A stretch of DNA of 64,000 nucleotides from an uncultured archaeon (GTDB lineage: Archaea; Iainarchaeota; Iainarchaeia; Iainarchaeales; VGJJ01): positions 34,552-98,551 of the forward strand of contig CAYRUV010000001.1 of assembly GCA_964427715.1 (NCBI GenBank). The letters are read 5' to 3'. Both the position numbers and the translations under genes were made by a program. The notes under the pieces were generated by a model. That model worked only from the letters and a program-made list of their open reading frames with translations. It was not told the DNA's origin and made no database searches. Within the stretch, counting starts at the first letter, position 1, and each line of letters opens with the position of its first letter. Positions 55,812-64,000 of this stretch are shown here, piece after piece.

Positions 55812-57553
55812 ATTCTTTCTCCTCTTCTTTTTTCATCGTTCTCGCGTTGTCATTGTTCACGGGATATTTGTTCGGCTCGTCTGTTTTAGTGCAGGGACAG
55901 ATTCTCGACAACGCGTGGGATGGCGTGGTCGAAACCCTTGATACCGTGGGGGACGTGACGGTTGGAATCGGAGGGGCGTTGGTGGGGGGACCGTATGGGA
56001 TTGCGGCTGCGGGATCCGAGGTCATTTGTTTTGCGGCCGAGGAATGTTTGGATGCCGAAGGGGGATCGGGTTTCTTCTTGACGGCTGCTCAAGGGTTGCG
56101 TAATTGTATTTGTCTTCCCAAGGATTTGCTGGCCGAAGCGGTGGATGAGGGGTTGGGTTTCGCCTACACGTGTGAAGACTCCCCTGCCCCCGCGTGCGGA
56201 GGAACATGTCCGCCCGGACAAACCTGTAATGTGGAGCGCGGACTATTAGGCGATTTGACGGGTGATTGTGATTGTGTCGATCCCGAGGGTCCCGTGACGA
56301 ATCCGGGCGGCGGAACTCCTTCCGAAAGCCCCTCCCTTGCGTGTGAGAGTGCGGAGATTCCCACGCTCGGGAGAATGTTAGAGGACTTGGAAGCCACCGG
56401 GCAATCCTATTCGGATTTCTTCCCGATTGGAGCCAGCATGGAAGAAGGATACGAGAACATGGCGGATGCATGGTGCCTGTTACACGTGTGTGAGGATGAG
56501 AGTAATGCGTGCGGGGAAACAGTTGATTCGTATTGCTACCACGTGAATCCCACCGACAAGTTTTGTGATTGTGTCGCGGAGGACGGGGGAAATTGCGGTC
56601 CCGGGACCAGTGGAGGAGGGCCCATTACTCCTGGAGGAAACGGTCCGATTACTCCCGGTGGGGGCGGCGGTCCTATTACTCCCGGCGGCGGAGGTCCCAC
56701 CACTCCTCCGTGGCAAGCCTCGGCATGTGCGGATGCGCAGTGGGATAATCCGTATGGAATCGATGATGAGGTCGAGGACTACTTGACGGGAATCGGACAA
56801 GATCCTTCCCAATGGACTCCGGGTCCCGGCACGGTGAACCTCATTGATTTGTTCAACACATTGTGTTCCACGAAACACTGTCCGGCCATGTCCGGAGTCT
56901 CCTGCGCGGAACAGCCTCAATGTAAAGTCAAGGCCAATTTGAAAGGGTGTTACTGCACGGAAGGCAGCGGCTGCTCAGGTCCTGTCACTCCGAGCGGGGG
57001 GCCCATTACTCCCAACGGGGGCACCGGTCCCTCAACCCCGCCCGGTGGGGGTCCCGTGACTCCGGGTGGTGGAGGCAGTCCAGGTCCCACCACGGGGTAC
57101 ACGTATGGCGGGGCGTGCGCCGGTTCTCCCACCAGCTCCACTAATACTATCTATGAATTAATGGTGGCCGCGGGAGTAGACATGTCTTCCTTCAATAGCG
57201 GGGGGCAGTTTGATCAAGGATTGATGAAGGAAGGGTACTGCAATGCCAAGTCTTGCCCCTCATCGGATGCTTCGTGTAGTGCCACGTGCGTGAATAATTC
57301 AACGAAGGAAGAATGCGAGTGTGAAGGGGGAGATTGCGCAGGGCCCATTGATGGGGGATGCCGCTACCCGCACCCTACGGATCCCACCACGTGTTTGGAT
57401 CGCTACTTTGAAGAGTGCCGCGCCGGGGGAGGGTGCGAATTCCCTACGGGTGGAGAGGGCGGTTCTACTGTTGTCGTGTCCGACTCGGAAGTGGGTGAGG
57501 GATTCATTGACAATTGGTTCGAAAAATTCAAGGGATTGCTAGGGTTGGAATAA
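55808..57553 (+). CDS. secreted cysteine-rich protein with duplicated Cys-rich modules and tandem G-P-I-T-P-G-G repeats
   Basis: Signal peptide, about 40 Cys, two internally similar halves each ending in a (G)nP(I/V/T)TP(G)n repeat tract. The DNA shows tandem repeats of about 27 nt at 56620-56700. Confidence 0.7.
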   Translation: MNSFSSSFFIVLALSLFTGYLFGSSVLVQGQILDNAWDGVVETLDTVGDVTVGIGGALVGGPYGIAAAGSEVICFAAEECLDAEGGSGFFLTAAQGLRNCICLPKDLLAEAVDEGLGFAYTCEDSPAPACGGTCPPGQTCNVERGLLGDLTGDCDCVDPEGPVTNPGGGTPSESPSLACESAEIPTLGRMLEDLEATGQSYSDFFPIGASMEEGYENMADAWCLLHVCEDESNACGETVDSYCYHVNPTDKFCDCVAEDGGNCGPGTSGGGPITPGGNGPITPGGGGGPITPGGGGPTTPPWQASACADAQWDNPYGIDDEVEDYLTGIGQDPSQWTPGPGTVNLIDLFNTLCSTKHCPAMSGVSCAEQPQCKVKANLKGCYCTEGSGCSGPVTPSGGPITPNGGTGPSTPPGGGPVTPGGGGSPGPTTGYTYGGACAGSPTSSTNTIYELMVAAGVDMSSFNSGGQFDQGLMKEGYCNAKSCPSSDASCSATCVNNSTKEECECEGGDCAGPIDGGCRYPHPTDPTTCLDRYFEECRAGGGCEFPTGGEGGSTVVVSDSEVGEGFIDNWFEKFKGLLGLE

Positions 57554-57585
57554 AAGGGATTTCCACGCCTACTTTTTCCATTCCT

Positions 57586-58086
57586 ATGCCCTCTCTCACG
57601 TCGCACTATTACCGGGATCACTATCGCCCCATTCAGTGGGAGAAATACACGCAGGGGTGGCCGCTCATCAAAACCCATTTGCCCAAAACCATCCCTTCCA
57701 TGCTGGACCTAGGAATCGGATACGGGTGGTGGGAGGAGTTTTTGGAGGAGAAGAAAATTCACGTTTCCCAGATTGTAGGGGCTGACTTGAACGAAGAAGC
57801 GGTTTCTCCTCGGAAGAAAAAAATCGAATATCATTTGGGTCCTTCTTTTCAAACTAAGGAAACCTTTGACCTGGTGGTTTGTTGGGACGCGTATCATTTA
57901 CTTGGTAAATCAACCACTAATTTGTGGAAGTGGGTCAAGCCCAATGGATTGCTCCTCGTCTCCGAGCCAAAGCCCTTCGCACACTTCCTAGACTCCGTGT
58001 CAAAGAAAGGAGAAATATTGGCGGATGCGTGGGTGGGTAAAACGGAGCAGAGCCGGTTCCTCATCGCGCGGAAAAATATTCTCTAG
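57586..58086 (+). CDS. class I SAM-dependent methyltransferase (small)
   Basis: Motif I MLDLGIGYGWW and post-I VVCWDAY. The start is taken at MPSLTSHYY. Confidence 0.55.
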   Translation: MPSLTSHYYRDHYRPIQWEKYTQGWPLIKTHLPKTIPSMLDLGIGYGWWEEFLEEKKIHVSQIVGADLNEEAVSPRKKKIEYHLGPSFQTKETFDLVVCWDAYHLLGKSTTNLWKWVKPNGLLLVSEPKPFAHFLDSVSKKGEILADAWVGKTEQSRFLIARKNIL

Positions 58087-58231
58087 ATCTACCATCAGAT
58101 TGGTTCTTCCGTTTGATTAATTCCCTTCAATATGTTCTGCCATTGATTTTCCTTCATGGCGGAATCGCGGGTTCCAACGTGTTAATTGTACAACTATGCA
58201 GATATGTTCATTGAACAAAAGGGGGAAAAGT

Positions 58232-58399
58232 ATGAGTGTGTGGATTGTGGATGTGCCAATGGACGTGGATCAGAAGTTTCGAAATATCGTCGAGCGAAAA
58301 TACGGTCCTGGGGAACAGGCCGTGGAGTTGGTTCTCCACGAACTCATGAAAGAATGGGTCGGGAAGCAGAGGAAGGGAAAGGAGAAGATGGCAACATAA
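58232..58399 (+). CDS. small hypothetical protein upstream of KaiC-like ATPase
   Basis: About 55 aa from MSVWIVDVPMDVDQKF. Confidence 0.3.
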   Translation: MSVWIVDVPMDVDQKFRNIVERKYGPGEQAVELVLHELMKEWVGKQRKGKEKMAT

Positions 58400-58469
58400 C
58401 AACATTGGGCTTTCACTTTTCCTGCCTTAATGCGATTTCTTTTTATACCGCCAAACTCTACCATGCAAC

Positions 58470-59228
58470 ATGATGCGGAATAAGACGGGAATCCAGGGCC
58501 TCGATAAAGCCCTCAACGGGGGATTTCCAGAGGGAAATCTCGTATTGTTGTCAGGCGGAGCCGGAACTGGAAAATCGACGATTTCCTTGCAGTATTTGGT
58601 TAATGGGGCGCAATTGTTTGGGGAGCGAGGGCTGTACATTTCCACCGAACAGACGGAAGAAGAGATGCAGAAGGCCGCCTCACAATATGGGTGGAATCTG
58701 ACCGATTTAGAGAACAGGAACCTTCTTCGAATTGTTTATTTCAAAGTGTTGGGCGAAGATCATTTCATTCAACGAATAGAAGAGATGGTCGAGACGTTCA
58801 AACCCAAGCGAATCGTAGTAGATTCACTTACCACCTTAACGGATTCCATGATGATGTCGGAATTGCAGAAAGATGTGGGTGTTTCGCTCATCAAGATTGC
58901 GGACACTGTTTCTCCTATTCAACGGACTGAGCAAATCATGAGTAAGATTATTTTGTACAATTTAGTAAACAAGTTGAAAGAGTTTAATGCCACAGTCATG
59001 CTGACATCCGAATTACCTGAAGGATTGCAGCGCCTTTCTGCAGACGGAGTGACTGAGTTTGTCACGGACGGGGTCATTACGCTTGAAAATTTGGTGGTAG
59101 GTCAATCGGCTTTCCGTACTTTGCGTATTCGCAAGATGCGATACACTGATCACGAGAAAACGAGCAAAAACTACTCTTTATCGGCAAAAGGCGTGATTGT
59201 GGAAGAAAGTTCGGGATTAGGCTTATAG
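58470..59228 (+). CDS. single-domain KaiC/RadA-like RecA-superfamily ATPase
   Basis: GIQGLDKALNGGFPEGNLVLLSGGAGTGKST Walker A in KaiC-domain context and Walker B IVVDSLT. 252 aa. A TATA-like tttttatacc lies about 25 nt upstream. Confidence 0.8.
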   Translation: MMRNKTGIQGLDKALNGGFPEGNLVLLSGGAGTGKSTISLQYLVNGAQLFGERGLYISTEQTEEEMQKAASQYGWNLTDLENRNLLRIVYFKVLGEDHFIQRIEEMVETFKPKRIVVDSLTTLTDSMMMSELQKDVGVSLIKIADTVSPIQRTEQIMSKIILYNLVNKLKEFNATVMLTSELPEGLQRLSADGVTEFVTDGVITLENLVVGQSAFRTLRIRKMRYTDHEKTSKNYSLSAKGVIVEESSGLGL

Positions 59229-59265
59229 ATGGTTTTACGGGAGTCTGGCTAAGGATGTGCCAATT

Positions 59266-59880
59266 ATGACCCCGGAAGAAATCATCTTCTCTTCGGCTGC
59301 AGTTTATTTTCCTTTTTTCATCGCCTCCTACATGGTTTTGGGTGGCGGAATTAAGTACATCGACGATGCGTTTGACGAAAAAACGTATAGCAAAATGAAA
59401 GCTATTCTTCTTGCACCCGTCATCGCGATATTCTGGGTCTTCCTCATGTATCTTTCTCCGGCCTCAGCAACTATTCTAGGGGCCATTTTCCTCGCTGTAT
59501 TATTCCGAAACAAGGTGGACAATATTGGTTTTCACGTTGGGGCTATTGCTATATTCTGTGGATTAGCTGCTCTTTACCTATTCAAGATTATTCATTTCGA
59601 CTGGGGTCCCCTCGTCTTCTTGACCATTGCAGGGGTGCTGGATGAGGTTGGAAACGACTACGTGGATAATCATCCTCACATCAACAAATGGATCTATCTC
59701 TTTTTCGAATACCGCTTCGTAATGAAAGTGGCTGTCTTCCTGCTAGTAGCATGGGGTATCTACGGCTTTGAGTATTTCTTGGCCTTCATTGGGTTTGATT
59801 TGGCTTATGCTACGATTGGGGCGTATTCGGCCAAGCTCAAGAAGCACCATAAATATAGCCTTAATAACTTCCACCTCTGA
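59266..59880 (+). CDS. integral membrane protein (about 6 TM), operonic with KaiC-like ATPase
   Basis: About 205 aa and highly hydrophobic. ATG at 59266 is preferred over the ORF track's GTG at 59257. Confidence 0.6.
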   Translation: MTPEEIIFSSAAVYFPFFIASYMVLGGGIKYIDDAFDEKTYSKMKAILLAPVIAIFWVFLMYLSPASATILGAIFLAVLFRNKVDNIGFHVGAIAIFCGLAALYLFKIIHFDWGPLVFLTIAGVLDEVGNDYVDNHPHINKWIYLFFEYRFVMKVAVFLLVAWGIYGFEYFLAFIGFDLAYATIGAYSAKLKKHHKYSLNNFHL

Positions 59881-59888
59881 CTAGGTGC

Positions 59889-60260
59889 ATGGCCACGAAG
59901 ACTGAGCTCATCACCCTCGAGCTCCAGAACCTTCTCCAGCTTGAAGATGTGCTTGCCTGCATGCTGGCCAAAAAAGGTCTCGGTGGAGTAGTGCCGGCTA
60001 ATCAAAAAATAAAGGATTCCGGGCTCTTCAAGCTGATTTTGGATACCACTAATGATCTATTCGACACGATTGGAAAGTTCTATGATTACAAGCTCGACAG
60101 GCTGAATATGGAACTGTCCGAATATACAATACTCCTTGCACCAGTGTCGAGGGAGTTTGCTCTGGTTGTACTAGTGCCTGCACTTGCAAATCAGGGACTA
60201 CTCGACATTGAGATAGAAAACACCAGAAGAAGGATTACTCTTATATTGAATCAATCATAG
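59889..60260 (+). CDS. roadblock/LC7 (MglB-like) domain protein
   Basis: 123 aa with the classic roadblock profile (LEDVLACMLAKKGLGGVVPA...DTIGKFY...YTILLAPVSREFALVVLVPALANQGLLDIEIENTRRRI). Confidence 0.7.
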   Translation: MATKTELITLELQNLLQLEDVLACMLAKKGLGGVVPANQKIKDSGLFKLILDTTNDLFDTIGKFYDYKLDRLNMELSEYTILLAPVSREFALVVLVPALANQGLLDIEIENTRRRITLILNQS

Positions 60261-60269
60261 TGTGCAAGC

Positions 60270-61445
60270 ATGGAGCACACCTGTGATGTATTAGTAGTTG
60301 GTGCAGGGCCTGCTGGATCTTCCGCGGCCGCAACTTGTGCCAAAAATGGGCTAAAAACAATACTTGTAGAAAAGAATCATTCTCCTGGTGAAAATATTCA
60401 ATGCGCGGAAACTATAAGCCAATATTTACTTGACCAACTGCACTTCAAGATACCTACAAAACTTCTGAATTGGAAGTTAGACGGCATGAAATTTTGGACT
60501 CGTAATCTAGAACTCTTCAATTATACCAGCGAATGGCAAGGGTATAACATTTCGCGCTCAATATTTGATAAATGGGTTGCGGATAGAGCTGTGAAAAATG
60601 GGGCAAAAGTTTTTTGCAGTTCCAAAGTAGTTGGACTTGAACACGACTCAAATAATTTTATTAATGAGGTTCACATTCGGCAAAATGACTCTGTTTCCAT
60701 TATCTCTCCAAAGTACGTAATAGCAGCAGATGGTGTGCATTCAACAATAGCCAGGAGGATGGGAACTTTCAAAAAGAAAAAGAATTCAATAGGTTCGGTC
60801 TTGGCATTCGATATTGATAACATTTCATTAGATCACCCGAGGCTCGATCAGATATTTTTTGGGGACTTTGCCCCATCTGCCTATGCATATATTATGCCAA
60901 AAAGTAAAAATACTGCAGGAATCGGAGTTGGGACTAGTATTGATAGGCGGAGAGGTAAACTGGAAGACTATTTTTTTCAATTTACTAATCTGCCGTCAAT
61001 AAAAAATCAACTTAATAAATTCAAGATTATCGACGAAAAGTCTGGCGATGCCCCCATTTCGAGTTCTATTGGCAAGGTGGCTACTGGAAATGTTGCCTTT
61101 TGTGGGGATTCAGCGAATCAAAACATAAAACCATTTTTAGAGGGAATTTTGCCAGGCATAATATGCGGGGATGAGACGGCTAAATATGTTTTTTCGCAGT
61201 TTACAAAAGATGCTCGCCTCAGCGGAACTGATTTGCAATTGCGAATTGACAAACGTTTGCCACTTATCTCCGAATCTAATCAGATAAACTCCGTTATACA
61301 AAGTGAAAGTAAAATAAGTCCTGATATTAAAGATTTAATAAGTATGGGAATTTTTTCAGGCAGAATTAATCCAGGAGAAGTTAACACTTTTTTAGAAATG
61401 AATGAATCTGAAATAGTTTCCAATTTACGATCGAAGAAAAGATAA
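60270..61445 (+). CDS. FAD-dependent geranylgeranyl reductase-family oxidoreductase
   Basis: CDVLVVGAGPAGSSAA..LVEK, and GDSAN (GDAA-like) in FCGDSANQ. 391 aa, AT-rich codon usage. Confidence 0.8.
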   Translation: MEHTCDVLVVGAGPAGSSAAATCAKNGLKTILVEKNHSPGENIQCAETISQYLLDQLHFKIPTKLLNWKLDGMKFWTRNLELFNYTSEWQGYNISRSIFDKWVADRAVKNGAKVFCSSKVVGLEHDSNNFINEVHIRQNDSVSIISPKYVIAADGVHSTIARRMGTFKKKKNSIGSVLAFDIDNISLDHPRLDQIFFGDFAPSAYAYIMPKSKNTAGIGVGTSIDRRRGKLEDYFFQFTNLPSIKNQLNKFKIIDEKSGDAPISSSIGKVATGNVAFCGDSANQNIKPFLEGILPGIICGDETAKYVFSQFTKDARLSGTDLQLRIDKRLPLISESNQINSVIQSESKISPDIKDLISMGIFSGRINPGEVNTFLEMNESEIVSNLRSKKR

Positions 61446-62681
61446 TGTGTTAAAACTCTCATTTGTGTGTCTGTCAGTCGTTTCAGGAGAGAAGTAATCC
61501 TCTCCCATAGTAAATGCAATAAAATAATCGGAATTTAATTTATTGAATTGTGCTCTCATCATACTTATTTTACGCCCAAGGGTTGAAATCCATGATACAC
61601 ACCCAATGCCAAAAACAAATAGTGGGTTGTCATCGTTTAGTTTATCTATCAGGTTGAACGCTTCTTCTTTTAACTTCCCACCAGAGGATGTCAGCAGCTC
61701 GATTTTATTGCCTTTTATTCCGTGGGAAAAGTAAAATGAATTGCCCAGAACTCCTCCTACTGCCATCGGGCACATAAAGTTAACTTTGTCTCGATATCCA
61801 AACGGGATGAAAAATGTTTTTTTATGAAGCTTTTCATCGATGCGATCCAAGGGGATGCCGGTAACTTCACAGAATTTAGATATCGCAGGCATTCCTTCTA
61901 TTTCGCTAATAATTCGGCCATCTGTACTCATTTTAGTGACTGTCAATATTTTTCCTGTAGCGTCATACCCGTGAATTGTCCTGATCTTTGTTTTCATATC
62001 AACAAATTGGAGTGCAACTGTTGAGTTTTTCTGAACTCTTTCAGAAAAAAACTCATATGCATCCAATACTTTATTATCGTCGCATGTTGATCCACCTATA
62101 ATATTACTGGTTGCATTAAATTTTGAATATCCTTCGATTACTTCTTCTTCTCTACCAAACCCCATTTGAAAATTTTCAGTTGAAAATTTCATCATACTTC
62201 TTAAAATGGCTGAAAATGGTGCTGATTTTACAACAAATTTTTCGCCTACAATTGGCATTCGAGGGCGAATGGGGCCAGATGTAAATTCTATTATCGAATT
62301 ATTATTCCCTTTATCAAAATCCTTTGAAGCCTCCAAAATTGCATTTCCTGGATTTTTTTTCGTGTTCGACCCTGTTCCTGATTTTATTTTCCCAGGAGGG
62401 GCAGAAAAAACGACAACTGCAACACCACGTGTAAATTCACCTTCTCGAGACATGAACCCTGCGATTGTTCCCCCAATCAACTGAGTGTTTTTTTCTTTGA
62501 AGAATCTGATTTTATTGAACATTTTTTGGAATCCATTGTTAGACTTATAATGAATTGTGCATAGAAGAAGTATTGCAGTAATGTTGCCGCTAACTTTTGA
62601 AATGGCTAGTTTCGCAGCTTCATCAGTGGCATTTTCTGGCAAAAGGTTTGTACTAATTCCAACTCCTACTTGCATGTCCAT
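61425..62681 (-). CDS. FIST-domain-like sensory protein (tentative)
   Basis: 418 aa. The N-terminal region pattern (AILLLCTIHY...LIGGTIAGFMS...GVAVVVFSAP) resembles FIST_N, and the C-terminal half resembles FIST_C. Convergent with the GGR-like gene, with a 21-nt overlap. Confidence 0.45.
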   Translation of the reverse strand: MDMQVGVGISTNLLPENATDEAAKLAISKVSGNITAILLLCTIHYKSNNGFQKMFNKIRFFKEKNTQLIGGTIAGFMSREGEFTRGVAVVVFSAPPGKIKSGTGSNTKKNPGNAILEASKDFDKGNNNSIIEFTSGPIRPRMPIVGEKFVVKSAPFSAILRSMMKFSTENFQMGFGREEEVIEGYSKFNATSNIIGGSTCDDNKVLDAYEFFSERVQKNSTVALQFVDMKTKIRTIHGYDATGKILTVTKMSTDGRIISEIEGMPAISKFCEVTGIPLDRIDEKLHKKTFFIPFGYRDKVNFMCPMAVGGVLGNSFYFSHGIKGNKIELLTSSGGKLKEEAFNLIDKLNDDNPLFVFGIGCVSWISTLGRKISMMRAQFNKLNSDYFIAFTMGEDYFSPETTDRHTNESFNTLSFLRS

Positions 62682-62893
62682 TCCATTCCAATTTATCGAT
62701 TCCTAATAAACATACCTGAATAATATGCTATATTTTAGAATTTTTTTATCAACAAGTTTGCGAAATCCTTATTTTTCATTACAGTTGCTTTAATGTCCAT
62801 CTGTGGTTCGTCCTTAAGTCCGAATTCCCCAAAACAATCCTCTAGATTTTTCCCTTCATGTGCTTTTAAGCAGGGGTCTGCGACTCAACTATC

Positions 62894-63853
62894 CTACTTT
62901 TTCTCCAATCCAATATAGCATTCGCGCCGTGCGAACCACGAGTTTCCGACGTGAACAACGGTCCACTTTCCTAGTTTTTGTCCCATTTTGGGAATGGCTT
63001 CGAAGTCTTTCCCCTGGAGGATTTTCTGGGTGAGGATGGCATGAGTGGCTCCGGGGTTCTTTTTGTCGAAATTCAGGAATATTTTCTGCGCGTGGGCCGG
63101 ATTCACGTTGATGTCCATGACGATGAAGTCAACATTCTGTTTGAGCTTGGGGGCATTTTCGGCCTTTTCGTGAACATAGGTGACCTTCTTATTTTTCTGG
63201 AGTTTCTTATCCAAAAGGGTGCGATCGATGGCCGTGATATGAGCGGCGCCTTCCTGGAGTAATAGTTGGGTCCACCCTCCCGTGCCGCATCCTAAATCGG
63301 CTCCTCGTTTCCCTTTGGGGTCAAAGTGGAACTTGTGGAGGAGGAATCGGAGCTTTTGTCCACTGCGCGTGACGAATCCATTTTCTGTGACGCGGTAATC
63401 CATGGGGGCGAATACATGCTGGGTGATGGATAAAGGCTGCGTGGTCACGAACAACTCTTTCCCATTTTGTATAACGAACCAAATGCGTTCCTCATTGTGG
63501 GGATTCATTTTCACCCCTTTCTTTTCCAATGCTATTCCAAGTTTGACCTCTACATCTCTCCCCGTGAGAGTGGGGTGGTTGAGAACCCATGCTCGCAGGG
63601 CATAGGTGTTTGTTTGGAGTGATTTTTTCTGGATGTACTGTTTGATTTCCGTTTCGCTTTTGCACTTTTGGACTGGTTGAGCGGAAATGAGGAAGGGTTG
63701 GATGTCCTTCTTGAGGAATAGCTTGTCTTCCGCGCGCGCGAGGAATGTTTTTTCCCTCAGAAACGTGGGTTTGAGCTTGTTGGTTGTGAGAAACTCATCA
63801 AGTTTTCTCGAGAAAGAAGGGTTGAATGAGACAATGTGCCAGTGTTTGACCAT
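62894..63853 (-). CDS. FtsJ/RrmJ-like SAM-dependent RNA 2'-O-methyltransferase with N-terminal extension
   Basis: ADLGCGTGGWTQLL resembles the FtsJ motif DLGAAPGGWSQ, and DFIVMD resembles motif IV. 319 aa. Confidence 0.55.
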   Translation of the reverse strand: MVKHWHIVSFNPSFSRKLDEFLTTNKLKPTFLREKTFLARAEDKLFLKKDIQPFLISAQPVQKCKSETEIKQYIQKKSLQTNTYALRAWVLNHPTLTGRDVEVKLGIALEKKGVKMNPHNEERIWFVIQNGKELFVTTQPLSITQHVFAPMDYRVTENGFVTRSGQKLRFLLHKFHFDPKGKRGADLGCGTGGWTQLLLQEGAAHITAIDRTLLDKKLQKNKKVTYVHEKAENAPKLKQNVDFIVMDINVNPAHAQKIFLNFDKKNPGATHAILTQKILQGKDFEAIPKMGQKLGKWTVVHVGNSWFARRECYIGLEKK

Positions 63854-64000
63854 ACTAATCCTCCTCGGTGATTCTCAAGTATTTTTTCAGTATTTTTTGA
63901 GACCCTTCCTTCTCTACGATTTCCCATGCTTTCTTGTAGGGAGGATTTTTCTGGCATCGTTGGATATCTCTTTCTTTTCGATTAGTGCCTCGGGATGTTT

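Noticed and set aside
1-64000. CRISPR arrays, rRNA genes, transposases, integrases, inteins
   Set aside because: No short direct-repeat/spacer arrays were seen. No rRNA-like stretches were seen. No DDE or tyrosine recombinase motifs were found in any frame. MCM, Top6 and MetRS have normal lengths without intein-like insertions.

Overview
The window is a dense archaeal chromosomal segment of about 50% GC, with Shine-Dalgarno-like GGTGA motifs and TATA-like boxes upstream of genes, and is mostly informational housekeeping. Translation genes are aRF1, eIF-1A, eIF-2 beta, eIF-5A, MetRS, Dph2, and ribosomal proteins L10e, L15e and L37ae. The conserved archaeal exosome superoperon is present in canonical order: Rpp30-Pop5-proteasome alpha-SBDS-Rrp4-Rrp41-Rrp42-L37ae-RpoP-Pcc1-like-prefoldin beta. 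Replication and repair genes are MCM, topoisomerase VI A and B, and a solo Mre11-like phosphoesterase. The tRNA-related genes are TruD/Pus7, a TtuA/NcsA-like thiolase, AlaX and three tRNAs (Cys-GCA, Ala-GGC, Val-GAC). Isoprenoid lipid genes are two tandem polyprenyl synthases and two GGR-family reductases. Several secreted or surface proteins and a presenilin-like intramembrane protease complete the ordinary content. The accessory or unusual content comes in six groups. First, a 757-bp AT-rich islet bounded by 13-bp direct repeats of the tRNA-Cys 3' end, carrying a frameshifted HEPN-motif gene. Second, a VapBC pair. Third, a low-GC island at 58.1-62.7 kb with a KaiC-like ATPase, a 6-TM protein, a roadblock/LC7 protein, an FAD reductase and a FIST-like sensor. 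Fourth, a MinD-like ATPase operon with a second roadblock-like protein. Fifth, eukaryote-like low-complexity tails on Rrp4 (RGG/GAR), L10e, L37ae, Rrp41 (His-rich) and Top6B. Sixth, a Cys-rich secreted protein with tandem GPITPGG repeats. No CRISPR array, intein, rRNA or transposase was seen. Everything below rests on reading the sequence and ORF translations by eye; no searches were run.
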